DNA from: Rhodospirillales bacterium
GTDB taxonomy: Bacteria > Pseudomonadota > Alphaproteobacteria > Rhodospirillales > UBA2165
Assembly (NCBI GenBank): GCA_022822205.1
Contig: JAJECC010000038.1
Span: 68,529 to 132,528, forward strand
Length of the DNA: 64,000 nucleotides
Direction: 5' to 3'
Part shown: positions 49,372-58,951 of the stretch, in pieces
How the letters are laid out: each line of letters begins with the position of its first letter
Position numbering within the stretch: position 1 is the stretch's first letter
The notes under the pieces: generated by a model
Told to the model about the DNA's origin: nothing
What the model saw: the letters and a program-made list of their open reading frames with translations, nothing else
Databases searched by the model: none
Program-made: the position numbers and the translations under genes

Positions 49372-50373
49372 CTAATTGATCAGGCTGTTGAAGATGGCGT
49401 GGGCCGGCACACCGCCCTTCGTGGCCTCGTCCAACTCACGTTTGACGACGGCGTCCGTCAAATCATCAAACGCCTTCGCTTCGGCCGGCGTCAGATTGAT
49501 GACTTCCAGACCCTTTTGCTTGCCGACCTGTTTGAACGCGAATTCGTCGGTCCTTTGCCAAAACTTTGACGCGTTGATCGAAAATTCACGGCCGGTGTGT
49601 TTCTTGAGGAGGGCTTGGTGCTCCTTGGAGAGCTTATTCCAGCTGTCCTTGTTCAACCCGAGCAGGAACAAGGCCGCCGATCCCTTGATCCCGAATGTCA
49701 CGTGCGTCGCCGGCTGATGCAGGTTCCAAGGTCTGTATAGCGCCGCCGGTGCGATATAGACGACATCCACCGTGCCCTTTTGGAATGCATCGTAGGTTTG
49801 CGTGATCGGAATCTGCGAAGCCTTTGCGCCCCACCCCTCGATCGTCGGAATGTCGGTCTTCGAAGGCGCCCGCACGACGAGGTTCTTCATATCCGAGGGT
49901 TTGCGGATCGGCTTTTTGGAAATAATGGTACTGGGATAGTTCGCCCAAATTCCGAGGACCTCGACGTCCTTGAACTCTTCTTTCAGGTGCTTGTCGTAGA
50001 CGTTCCAAACATTGGTGGCAACCTCCGTGGCCGTTTTGCCGACACCGGGTTTGCCCGCCAACAGTGTCCTCGGGAAGCTCTCCGACTCGAGACCTAGGAT
50101 CACGAATCCGATATCGAACGCACCTTCTTTCGTCCGTTTGTACTGGGCAGCCGGGCCCCGGCCCAATTTGCCGCTGTCAAAGATCTTGATCGTCAGGCTG
50201 CCGCCCGATTCCTCGGCGATTTTTTTCGCCAGCGGCGTAAATACACCGACATGCATCGGGTGCTTGGGGGACATGAAGTGGCCAAGCTTGAGCTCCGCCG
50301 CCGACGCCTGTCCGGCGAAACCAACACCCGCCGCCAGGGTGATCGCCGCCACGCCTTTAAACAATGATCTCAT
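49372..50373 (-). CDS. TRAP substrate-binding protein (DctP)
   Basis: Signal peptide after AAGGAGG RBS; DMKNLVVR with the conserved Arg; YDAFQKGTVD. Confidence 0.9.
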   Translation of the reverse strand: MRSLFKGVAAITLAAGVGFAGQASAAELKLGHFMSPKHPMHVGVFTPLAKKIAEESGGSLTIKIFDSGKLGRGPAAQYKRTKEGAFDIGFVILGLESESFPRTLLAGKPGVGKTATEVATNVWNVYDKHLKEEFKDVEVLGIWANYPSTIISKKPIRKPSDMKNLVVRAPSKTDIPTIEGWGAKASQIPITQTYDAFQKGTVDVVYIAPAALYRPWNLHQPATHVTFGIKGSAALFLLGLNKDSWNKLSKEHQALLKKHTGREFSINASKFWQRTDEFAFKQVGKQKGLEVINLTPAEAKAFDDLTDAVVKRELDEATKGGVPAHAIFNSLIN

Positions 50374-50615
50374 CTGGTATTCCTCCTTGCTTGATGGCCC
50401 ATAGGTCAGGCCGTTTTTCAATCCGCCCGCGAACATGCGGACCGTAAAATCTGGCAACCGGCCCACGAAGCAGATTCGTTTGGGCCAATCGGTCCCGCGA
50501 CCCCGAACGCTATCCAATTCCTTTCGCCGACACTGCCGACGGTCGAAGATTCCGGCGTTTGGAAGAGGTATTTTTTTACGTAGCTGAAATGCTGGGGTAT
50601 TTTTCCAAACGCCAC

Positions 50616-50685
50616 AACCCATTTATAGCGGACATTCCGGATGGGTTCAAAGCGCCGAGGGTCCGCTATCGGTAAACGCGGACAT
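50616..50685 (+). repeat. composite junction palindrome: half-site plus full copy 3
   Basis: atagcggac (50625-33) and gtccgctat (50661-69) are perfect inverted repeats; gtccgct-atcggtaaac-gcggacat; aacccat/atgggtt is also inverted. Confidence 0.6.
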
Positions 50686-50709
50686 CGAATAACCCCGGGC
50701 CGGCCGGCG

Positions 50710-51942
50710 CTAACGTTCCACATTTCCGCTTCGCGCGGGGATGCCGGTATGCTTGTGGCAAATATCGGCCAGCCGCGCGATGCCCTCGGATATCTCCTGC
50801 TTGGTCGCGCTGCCGAAGCACAAGCGCGCACGCCGACGGCCATAGCCTGGGTCGACCGACCATTCGACGCCGGGATTGATCTCCACTCCCTCTTCCAAAG
50901 CAGCCGCGGCGAGACTGGTCGTGTCGACCTCCTCCGGAAAGGTCACCCACATGAAGATGCCGCCCCTGGGCGCCGTAAACTCCACCTGGGTTCCGAATTG
51001 TTCGGCCAGCGACGCGGCCATGAGTTCCGCTTTCTCCTTGAGGACGGCCGAAAGGTCGGCGACATGGCCGTCAAACCGCTGGGCGCCGTATTCCGCCAAG
51101 ACCATCTGCTCGAGCGCACCGCTGCCCGCATCCGTCTTGAGCGGCAGCAGGCGGCTAAGCACCGGCCAGTCGGCAACCAGATAGCCGACCCTCAAGGCGG
51201 GGGCGACGGTCTTGGAAAAGGAACCGCAGTAGATTACCCGCCCGCTGTCGGCTCCCCGTTGCTCCAACGCCCGGATGGAGGGCGGACGCTCTCCGTCCCA
51301 TTGCAAATCCGCGTAGCAATCATCTTCGAAGACCGGCAGATCGTAATTCCCGGCGAGCGCCAGAAGCTCGATCCGGCGGGCTTCGCTCATGACCGTACCG
51401 GTGGGGTTTTGAACCGTGGGTATCGTATAAATGAGCTTTGGGTTTTGTCCCTTGGCCTCCAATTCACCCAGCACTTCGGCAAGTTGGCCGGTCTTCATTC
51501 CGTCCTGATCGACCTCAATCCCTATATATGTCACCCCGAGCCGCTGAAGACGGCTGAGCGTCCCGCCGTAGCAGGCCTCTTCGATGATCACCGTGTCTCC
51601 AGGTTCGAGAAACGCCTCGAACACCAAATCGAGAGCCTGGAGAGATCCCGACGTCAACAGGATGTCGTCCTCCCCGACCCGCATTTTTGCGCGGTCGGTC
51701 AGCTGGGCCGAGATAAGCCGCCGAAGGGGAAGATAGCCCTGCGCGCCGCTCTCCAATCCGTAATACGCCAAGGTCCGTCCCTCCCGGGCGAGAACCGAAC
51801 CGGCGGCCGCGATCAGTTCGTCGACCGGCACCTCCGAGGCATCGTTGTGGCCGCCGACGAAGTTGTACCGGGGAAACCCGTTCCAGCGTTTTGCCGGCGG
51901 GGGAAGATCGCTACTAAACCTGGGCTGAAATTTGCTGGTCAT
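50710..51942 (-). CDS. PLP-dependent aminotransferase (2-aminoadipate/MocR-like catalytic domain, no HTH)
   Basis: TSGSLQAL, IPTVQNPTG, FEDDCY, GSFSKTVAPALRVGY. Confidence 0.9.
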   Translation of the reverse strand: MTSKFQPRFSSDLPPPAKRWNGFPRYNFVGGHNDASEVPVDELIAAAGSVLAREGRTLAYYGLESGAQGYLPLRRLISAQLTDRAKMRVGEDDILLTSGSLQALDLVFEAFLEPGDTVIIEEACYGGTLSRLQRLGVTYIGIEVDQDGMKTGQLAEVLGELEAKGQNPKLIYTIPTVQNPTGTVMSEARRIELLALAGNYDLPVFEDDCYADLQWDGERPPSIRALEQRGADSGRVIYCGSFSKTVAPALRVGYLVADWPVLSRLLPLKTDAGSGALEQMVLAEYGAQRFDGHVADLSAVLKEKAELMAASLAEQFGTQVEFTAPRGGIFMWVTFPEEVDTTSLAAAALEEGVEINPGVEWSVDPGYGRRRARLCFGSATKQEISEGIARLADICHKHTGIPARSGNVER

Positions 51943-52035
51943 GTCTCCCCCGGTAATATTCCGCCGTTTCGGCCTGGATTGAACCGCCGGGCCTGATCTT
52001 GCCCAAATTCATTGCGAGTGCGCAATTCCGATAAT

Positions 52036-52051
52036 TGTTTCACGGGAAACA
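52036..52051. promoter_or_regulatory. parS-like site
   Basis: TGTTTCACGGGAAACA, 15/16 match to the parS consensus TGTTTCACGTGAAACA, intergenic. Confidence 0.6.
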
Positions 52052-52105
52052 TTCCACAGGGAAATCGAGCCGGGGCCAAAGACGGGGCTAGTCTCGGAAC
52101 GGGCA

Positions 52106-53071
52106 TCACCCCCTCAGCGGGTCGTAGTCGGTTTCGAGGGAGGCGCGGCGTTCGGACATCGGCGCGCCCCACTGGGATTCCAGAATCTCGCCTATGGAGT
52201 CGTGGGTTATGGTCGCGTCATCTTCGTTCAACAGATCGCCGCCGAAAAAATGCTCTACCCGATTGCCGTAATTGTCGAACCAGTAATCGAAAATGTTCGC
52301 CGCCGGCGTATGGCGGCCGACGCCCCATGAATGCTCATACCCTTTTGAATGAAGATATTCATGCCCGACGAACAAGGCGTTGACGTCTTCCACCTCGAAC
52401 GCGACATGGGCCAGGCCGGGTTCCTTGGACCTGGTAAACAGGAGCGTGTGCTGGTCGACATATTCCTTGCCCTTGTCGCAGCGAAGAAAAGTCAGGGCCA
52501 GCTCGTCATCGCCGCCGGGCGCGAAGGCGATGTCGGATTGCAGAAATCCGAAATGGCGGCGATAAAATTCGTCCATGACGCCGCAGTCGGGAACGTTCAG
52601 GACCACATGGCCGAGCCGCATCACCGGACAGGCGATATTCCGGGCGCGTTGAACTTTGCGGCCCCGCGGGCGCCCGGGGCCGTGATCCGCGCCGATTAAT
52701 TCGTCGAGCGGCAACGGGTCGAGCGTCGCCTGTCCAAAGATGGTTTCGACCTGAAAGCCGTCCGGGTCGGTCATCCGGACCCGGTAGCCGCCGCCCGGTT
52801 CGTCGATTTCCTCGACCGCGGAAGCCCCGTCGGCCGCCGAGAGCGTCTCGAGATCGGCCATGCTTTGCGCATTGAACGCCATGCCGATAAAACCCGGCTC
52901 GTCGGCAAGGTGCGTGATGTGGAGATGATGATCGCGGCCGGTCCCGCGCATGTAGAGTGATTTCTCGTCCCGGTGCTGGCGGGTGAGACCGAAATCGACG
53001 AGAAACGATTCCATTCGGTCGAAATCCGGCGCGGCAAAGCGCGCATACGCAACATCGGCGACCTTTATCAT
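52106..53071 (-). CDS. two-domain VOC protein, extradiol dioxygenase-like (trihydroxytoluene oxygenase-type)
   Basis: LGHVVL, HVAFE, WGVGRH, FDYW.D..GNRVEH metal and catalytic residues; ATG at 53071. Confidence 0.8.
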   Translation of the reverse strand: MIKVADVAYARFAAPDFDRMESFLVDFGLTRQHRDEKSLYMRGTGRDHHLHITHLADEPGFIGMAFNAQSMADLETLSAADGASAVEEIDEPGGGYRVRMTDPDGFQVETIFGQATLDPLPLDELIGADHGPGRPRGRKVQRARNIACPVMRLGHVVLNVPDCGVMDEFYRRHFGFLQSDIAFAPGGDDELALTFLRCDKGKEYVDQHTLLFTRSKEPGLAHVAFEVEDVNALFVGHEYLHSKGYEHSWGVGRHTPAANIFDYWFDNYGNRVEHFFGGDLLNEDDATITHDSIGEILESQWGAPMSERRASLETDYDPLRG

Positions 53072-53206
53072 TTGCCGCTGTCTCCCCGCGGTACAAGAAG
53101 AGGTACAAGAATTCGGCCGGTCACCGGCATTCTGTGCCAATTTAGTTTTCACGGCAAGAACCCGCGGCCGGCGATGAATCTCTCACCCGCGGCGTTCGGA
53201 CCATGT

Positions 53207-53318
53207 GTCCCGTATCGGCTCCCGGCAGCCCGTTCCGGCACTATCAACTGGGTCTGCTAAATTCGAATAGGGGGCTAAACCCCCGAGGTGTGCACCAAAC
53301 CGACCTCCAAAGCGGACA
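53207..53318 (+). repeat. junction palindrome cluster: copy 4 plus two half-sites
   Basis: gtcccgt-atcggctcccg-gcagcc (53207-30), gtctgct (53252-58), caaagcggaca (53308-18). Confidence 0.45.
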
Positions 53319-53387
53319 GAGGGGCCAACCAAGACTCGAATCTCGTAGCCACGGTTTCCTGTGTCCAGAAAGGTTTCGCTGGTGCAC

Positions 53388-54398
53388 CTATGAATTTTTC
53401 TCAGCCAACAGACAAGCCACTTGATGACCGGGCGCGGTAGACTCGAGCCTGGGCGCTTGGGATCGGCAGTCCTGCGTCGCGATTGGGCATCTTGGGTGAA
53501 AACGACATCCTGTCGGCGGCGAGAGGGGAGAAGGTAATTCGCCTTCCAGTCCTGGTTCGTCCGTCAGGCGCTTGTCCAACCCGGGAACCTCGGCGAGCAA
53601 GGCCTTTGTGTAGGGATGTTGAGGGTTTTCGAGCAGTTCTTCGGTAGGCGCGAGTTCAACGATTTGTCCCAGGTACATGACGGCGATCCTGTCAGACACA
53701 TGCTCAACGACGCTGATATCGTGGCTGATAAAGAGGTATGACAGGTTCAGCTTATCCCGCAGATCCAGGAACAAGTTTATGATCTGAGCCTGAATGGACA
53801 CGTCGAGAGAGGCAACCGCTTCGTCACAGATCACGACGCTTGGATCAACGGCTAAGGCTCTGGCGATGCATATCCTTTGCCGCTGGCCGCCAGAGAATTG
53901 ATGCGGGTATCGGTCTAGGGCGTCGTCTCGCAGACCCACACGCTTTAGAGCTTCGATTGCAAACCCGCGGGCCTCAGAGCGTTTGATCAACCCATGTGCA
54001 ATTGGGGCTTCGGTAATCGTGTCAACGATACTCTGACGAGGATCCAAAGCGGCGGCCGGGTTCTGAAAAACCATCTGCACGCCGAGACCGGAACCGTCCT
54101 TTTGCTGGGTCTTGTTCACAATCGGGCGGTCGTTGAAAAAAACCTCGCCTGAGTCCTGTGGGAGGATACCTGCAACGATCCGGCCAAGTGTGGACTTGCC
54201 ACAGCCCGACTCGCCAACGAGGCCCAACACCTCGCCCTGTGCGATTTCGAGATCAACACCGTCGACCGCGCGGAGGACGCGGGCTGACGATTTTGCGCCA
54301 AACGCCGTTGCAATCCTGTCCGCCAAATCCGGCTTGGTGACAAAGCTGCGGCGCACGGATCTGAGCTCAATGACGTTTGACACTTCAAGCCGCCTCAT
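53388..54398 (-). CDS. oligopeptide/dipeptide ABC ATP-binding protein (AppF/DppF-like)
   Basis: [30 protein letters not shown]; start 54398 or 54383. Confidence 0.92.
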   Translation of the reverse strand: MRRLEVSNVIELRSVRRSFVTKPDLADRIATAFGAKSSARVLRAVDGVDLEIAQGEVLGLVGESGCGKSTLGRIVAGILPQDSGEVFFNDRPIVNKTQQKDGSGLGVQMVFQNPAAALDPRQSIVDTITEAPIAHGLIKRSEARGFAIEALKRVGLRDDALDRYPHQFSGGQRQRICIARALAVDPSVVICDEAVASLDVSIQAQIINLFLDLRDKLNLSYLFISHDISVVEHVSDRIAVMYLGQIVELAPTEELLENPQHPYTKALLAEVPGLDKRLTDEPGLEGELPSPLSPPTGCRFHPRCPIATQDCRSQAPRLESTAPGHQVACLLAEKNS

Positions 54399-55362
54399 TG
54401 AGTGGTGAAACGCAGCGGACTGCGTGTTCGGCCGAAGTCGAAACGAGCTCAGGCAGCACGTCGCAAGCCGCCGAGGCCTGCGCGCAGCGCGGTGCAAAAG
54501 CACAGCCAACCGGCAGGTTCGACAGTTGCGGCAGCCCCCCGGGGATGGAGCGCAACCTCTCGCCGCGTTTTGCATTTGTTGGCATGCTCGCGATCAGCCC
54601 TGCCGTATATGGGTGAGAGGGCGTTTTCAGGAGCCTGTTTGTTATCCCTTGTTCCACGATACGTCCGGCATACATCACGGCAACCCGGTGCGCGATCTGG
54701 GCCACAACGCCAAGATCATGCGAAACCCAAATGAGTGCCGTCCCGGCGTCCTGACACAGCCGCCGTACGTCGCGCAGAATCTGCGCCTGGACCGTCACGT
54801 CCAATGCTGTGGTGGGTTCATCCGCGATGATCAAATCTGGTTCGTTCAAGAGCGCGGTGGCGATGACCACACGTTGCCGCATGCCGCCCGAAAACTGATG
54901 GGGGTAAGACAGGAGTCGTTCTTCTGGGCTGTTGATGCCGACCCTGACCATTGCCTCTAGAACGATGCGCTTCGCGGCGTCTTTCGAGATGTCGCGGTGG
55001 GCCTGAAGGGCCTCTATCATCTGTGCTCCGATGCGCTGAACCGGATTGAGGCTGGTGGTCGGATCCTGAAATACCATCGCCATCCGCTTGCCGCGAATAG
55101 CTTGCCATTGCGCTTCTGTGTGGCGGGTGAGGTCTTGTCCGCCGAACAAGATCCGTCCAGCGGTTACTTTGCCCGGCAGATCGATCAATCCCATCGCCGA
55201 AAGCCCCAACACGGTTTTGCCGGAGCCCGATTCCCCCACGATGCCAAGCACTTCGCCCCGAGCAACCTCGAGATCGACGCCGTTCACAGCGACGATTGGG
55301 CCGTGCGGTGTTGGAAACTCGGTCCTGAGGCCTTGAATGGACAGAATTTTGTTGCCGGTCAT
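54385..55362 (-). CDS. oligopeptide/dipeptide ABC ATP-binding protein (AppD/DppD-like)
   Basis: [33 protein letters not shown]; ATGA overlap with the upstream permease. Confidence 0.92.
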   Translation of the reverse strand: MTGNKILSIQGLRTEFPTPHGPIVAVNGVDLEVARGEVLGIVGESGSGKTVLGLSAMGLIDLPGKVTAGRILFGGQDLTRHTEAQWQAIRGKRMAMVFQDPTTSLNPVQRIGAQMIEALQAHRDISKDAAKRIVLEAMVRVGINSPEERLLSYPHQFSGGMRQRVVIATALLNEPDLIIADEPTTALDVTVQAQILRDVRRLCQDAGTALIWVSHDLGVVAQIAHRVAVMYAGRIVEQGITNRLLKTPSHPYTAGLIASMPTNAKRGERLRSIPGGLPQLSNLPVGCAFAPRCAQASAACDVLPELVSTSAEHAVRCVSPLNEAA

Positions 55363-56219
55363 TTCGCGAGCCTTGGGTTGATGATTTCCCGCAGCTGGTC
55401 GCCAAAGATGTTGATGGCGGCGACCGTGGCCAGCAGCATGGCGCCTGGGAAAAAGGTGATCCAATAGGCGCCGGACAGGATGAAGTCGAAGCCATTGGCG
55501 ATCAGAGAGCCAAGCGACGGCTCGGTGATTGGAACGCCGACTCCCAAAAAGCTGAGGGTCGCTTCGATCGAGATGGAATGCGCCGTTTGCAGTGTCGCCA
55601 GAACGATGAGTGGTGACACGCTATTGGGCAGCAAATGCCGCCAGATGATGCGTATGTTGCTGAGCTCCAGACAGGTGACGGCCTCAAAATACTCTTTGCG
55701 CCGTTCGACCATGGCAGCGGCGCGAACTGTTCGGGCGTAAAGAGCCCATTGCACAATGGCGAGCGCGATAATGACCTTGTCGATACCCTTGCCAAGCAGC
55801 GCCAGCATGACCAGCGCAACCAGAATGGCCGGGAATGACAATTGAATATCGACGACACGCATCAGAATGGTATCCAGTCGGCCCCCGTAAAAGGCGGCGG
55901 ACAATCCAACGGCTAGTCCGATGGTCAGCGCAATCGCGGCGCTGCTGATTGCCACAATCAGGCTCGTCCGCAGTCCGTAGAGAATTGCGCTAAGGACATC
56001 GCGCCCGGCGCCATCTGTGCCCAACCAAGAGACCGTGCCATCCAACATTTGCCCGCCGGGCGGGAGACGCCCATCGAGGATACTAACAGTCGCCAAGTCG
56101 TAAGGATTCGTCGGCGCAATCAGGGGCGCAAACACCGCGGCAATGGCGATAAGGGCGACCAGCAGACCGGCAATATAAGAGGTCGGTCGCGCGCGGATTG
56201 CCGAAAGCCCTATCATCAA
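55359..56219 (-). CDS. peptide ABC permease (DppC-like)
   Basis: LGTDGAGRDV, HLLPN, EATLSFLG, GDQLR. Confidence 0.92.
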   Translation of the reverse strand: MMIGLSAIRARPTSYIAGLLVALIAIAAVFAPLIAPTNPYDLATVSILDGRLPPGGQMLDGTVSWLGTDGAGRDVLSAILYGLRTSLIVAISSAAIALTIGLAVGLSAAFYGGRLDTILMRVVDIQLSFPAILVALVMLALLGKGIDKVIIALAIVQWALYARTVRAAAMVERRKEYFEAVTCLELSNIRIIWRHLLPNSVSPLIVLATLQTAHSISIEATLSFLGVGVPITEPSLGSLIANGFDFILSGAYWITFFPGAMLLATVAAINIFGDQLREIINPRLAK

Positions 56220-56263
56220 CCGGCTAGCGGAAGGATTTGCGCTGGATATGGTGATTTGAACGG

Positions 56264-57241
56264 TTATCCCTCATCTCCCTGCAAGCGCACGCGTGGGTCC
56301 AGAACAGCGTAGATGATGTCAACGACCAAATTCAGGACAAGGAACAAGGCGACAACGAACAGCAGGTAGGCCACCACGATCGGTCTATCGAGGTTCACGA
56401 TGGCGTCGATCACAAGCTTGCCCAAACCCGGCCAAGCAAAGATGGACTCCGTTACCGTCGCAAAGGCGATCAACGTCCCAAACTCGATGCCCAGCACGGT
56501 CACGATGGGAATAAGAATATTTGGCATGAGGTGTGCTCGCACGATCCGGCGCGACGACAGCCCTTTTGCCCGTGCAAACCTGATGAAGTCCTGAGCCATC
56601 ACCTCAGTCGTGCCTGCGCGAGCCAATCGCATCACCATGGCGATTTTGAACAAGGCGAGGTTCGTGGCCGGCATAGCCAGGTGTTTCAGCCCATCCAACG
56701 TGAACATGCTGCTCTCTATGCCCAAAAATACGGCGGTTTCGCCTCGACCAGAGACGGGCAGCCATCCCAGGATCACCGAAAATAGGATTATCATCATCAG
56801 GCCGAGCCAGAAGGTCGGTATCGAAATTCCAAGGACGGACAGGCCCATAATGAAACGCGCGCCCAAACCATCAGGCCGAAGTCCCGCGTAGACGCCCAAA
56901 GGCAAGCCAATCATGACAGCAATGATCAGCGCGCTGACAGCGAGCTCGAGTGTCGCCGGAAATCTCTCGGCCATAAGGGTCAGTGCGGGGCGGCCAAAGA
57001 CGAAAGAGTTGCCCAAATCCCCGGAAAGCGCACCGGTCAGGAACTTCCAGTATTGGATATAGACAGGTTGATCGAGGCCGAAATCCCGGCGCACGCGTTC
57101 GATCTCATCTGGCAGGCTTTCCGGATTGACCAACATGTCGACCGGGTCGCCAACAAGGTTGATCATCGAGAAAACAATCAATGACATGACAAACAAAACG
57201 ACGACGCTTTGCATGCCACGTCTCAGGACAAAGGCAAACAT
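56264..57241 (-). CDS. peptide ABC permease (DppB-like)
   Basis: GDPV, GDLGNS, PATLELA, ARAKGL, ESIFAWPGLG, LDPRVR. Confidence 0.92.
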   Translation of the reverse strand: MFAFVLRRGMQSVVVLFVMSLIVFSMINLVGDPVDMLVNPESLPDEIERVRRDFGLDQPVYIQYWKFLTGALSGDLGNSFVFGRPALTLMAERFPATLELAVSALIIAVMIGLPLGVYAGLRPDGLGARFIMGLSVLGISIPTFWLGLMMIILFSVILGWLPVSGRGETAVFLGIESSMFTLDGLKHLAMPATNLALFKIAMVMRLARAGTTEVMAQDFIRFARAKGLSSRRIVRAHLMPNILIPIVTVLGIEFGTLIAFATVTESIFAWPGLGKLVIDAIVNLDRPIVVAYLLFVVALFLVLNLVVDIIYAVLDPRVRLQGDEG

Positions 57242-57297
57242 TGAGCGGGTTCTTCGCTGTTTGGCCCGCCGCACATCGGCGGCGGGCCCAGCTTACC

Positions 57298-58896
57298 CTA
57301 TTTTTTGGCGCGAACGTTGTGGATGAACGTGCTGTCCAAGGCGCCATGCTCGTAGGTGATGCCGTCTCGGGCAGCCCAGGTCGCGATCTCGTGGTGGATC
57401 GGCACCAGCGCATATTCCCGCATCGCAATGTCGGTCGCCTGGATAAAGGCCTTTTCCCCCACTGCGATGTCCATCGAGGCGCGGCCGTCTTCAATCAGCT
57501 TGTCGACTTTCGCGTTGCTGTAGCCATTGCGGTTGCCTGGACCATACCCACGCTCTTTCTGCTTCGTGTGAATGAAGATCCGCAGCGGGTGGGATGGTTC
57601 GCCAGAGCCATTTGCGTAGCCTGACATGGCAACCGTGAACTCCGGTTTTTTGTTCGGTCCACCGCGCGAGAACCGCTTGAAAAAGACAGAGGCCGGCATG
57701 GTTTCTACGGAAGTCTCAATCCCGATCCGCGACAGCATTTGCGCAACCGCCTCAAGGATGCGCGTGTCATTGGAATAGCGCCCCGCGGGACCATGGATTG
57801 TCAGCTTGAACCCATCCTTGTAACCCGCCTCCGCCAAGAGTTCTTTCGCGCGTTTGGGGTCGTATTTGTCAGGCGACAGGCTGGCGGAATAGCCAATGTA
57901 TCCTTTGGGCGAAAACTGCCCAGCCGGCGCAGAGAGGCCGTCCATGACGCGATCCGCAATCGCCTGGCGATGAATGGCCAGGGACACGGCCTGACGTACC
58001 CGAATGTCTCGGAACGGCGAGACGATTGGTTTGCCATCGTGATCCGTCACATAGGGTTTGATCGGCTCTTCGGTCATGTGCAGCGTCAAATAGAGCAGGC
58101 GGTTGGACACTGATTTGAAGATCGTCACGTCACTGCGCTTTTCCAGACTTGGCAAATCCGAAGGCGCGACCCGCTCGATGAAATCCACGTCGCCTGCGAT
58201 GAGCGCGGCGGCCCGCGTCGTTCCGTCTCCGATTGGACGAACAGTCACGCTGTCCCATTCCATGGCGCTGCCCCAATACGCCTCATTGCGGGTAAGTTTG
58301 AGCGTGTCGCCGGGCAGCCACTTGGAAAAGGTGAAGGGACCCGTGCCAAAGGACGCCTTACCCGTATTGAAGTCCTCGGTTGTTGCGTCAACAAATGCCG
58401 AATCGATGATCGCGATCCTCGACATGTCGTTTGGCGTGAACGGGTAGGGTTTCTTGGTCGATACACGCAAGGTCAAGTCATTGATGACCTCAAAAGTCTT
58501 ACCCTTGATGAACGTCGCGAAGCTCGATGGGCTGTTTGGCACATTGGCAGCGCGCTTCATGGTGGCCACCACGTCTTCCGCCGCAAATGCGGCGCCATTG
58601 TGAAATTTTACGCCCGGGCGCAGTTTGAATTCCCAAGTCCGATCATCGACAGGCGTCCACGAGACGGCGAGACCTGGGATCAGCTTTTGGTTCACATCCT
58701 GCAAGACAAGCGCGTTGTACACCTGCGTTGCCATTGAGTTGTTGATCGTCAGGTTCTGATAGTGCGGATCCATGCTTGTGGGCTCCGCGGCCAGAGCGAC
58801 GGTCAAATCAGCGGCCATCAGGGGGCTGGTTGAAAAGGCGAATCCCACCGCCAAAGCGGACAGAAATCCCCTTGGATTTAAGATCGATTTCGTCAT
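57298..58896 (-). CDS. peptide/nickel ABC substrate-binding protein (family 5)
   Basis: Signal peptide after GGGAG RBS, SMDPH, PGLAVSW, LRPGVKFHNG, GTGPF. Confidence 0.92.
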   Translation of the reverse strand: MTKSILNPRGFLSALAVGFAFSTSPLMAADLTVALAAEPTSMDPHYQNLTINNSMATQVYNALVLQDVNQKLIPGLAVSWTPVDDRTWEFKLRPGVKFHNGAAFAAEDVVATMKRAANVPNSPSSFATFIKGKTFEVINDLTLRVSTKKPYPFTPNDMSRIAIIDSAFVDATTEDFNTGKASFGTGPFTFSKWLPGDTLKLTRNEAYWGSAMEWDSVTVRPIGDGTTRAAALIAGDVDFIERVAPSDLPSLEKRSDVTIFKSVSNRLLYLTLHMTEEPIKPYVTDHDGKPIVSPFRDIRVRQAVSLAIHRQAIADRVMDGLSAPAGQFSPKGYIGYSASLSPDKYDPKRAKELLAEAGYKDGFKLTIHGPAGRYSNDTRILEAVAQMLSRIGIETSVETMPASVFFKRFSRGGPNKKPEFTVAMSGYANGSGEPSHPLRIFIHTKQKERGYGPGNRNGYSNAKVDKLIEDGRASMDIAVGEKAFIQATDIAMREYALVPIHHEIATWAARDGITYEHGALDSTFIHNVRAKK

Positions 58897-58951
58897 TTCT
58901 TTCTCCCTTTCAATCGATTGTCGTTGATGTGGTGGTGACGCCAAACGCGCA

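Noticed and set aside
50421-50476. atccgcc..gcggac and tggcaac..gcagat as further junction sites
   Set aside because: Spacer length or left arm is off; could be chance in GC-rich DNA.
52050-52058. DnaA box next to the parS-like site
   Set aside because: CATTCCACA matches TTATCCACA at only 6/9 positions and there is no box cluster.
56220-56270. Possible lost start codon (ATA) or frameshift at the 5' end of the DppC-like permease
   Set aside because: In-frame TTG/ATG at 56219/56216 gives a normal-length permease, so no lesion is needed.
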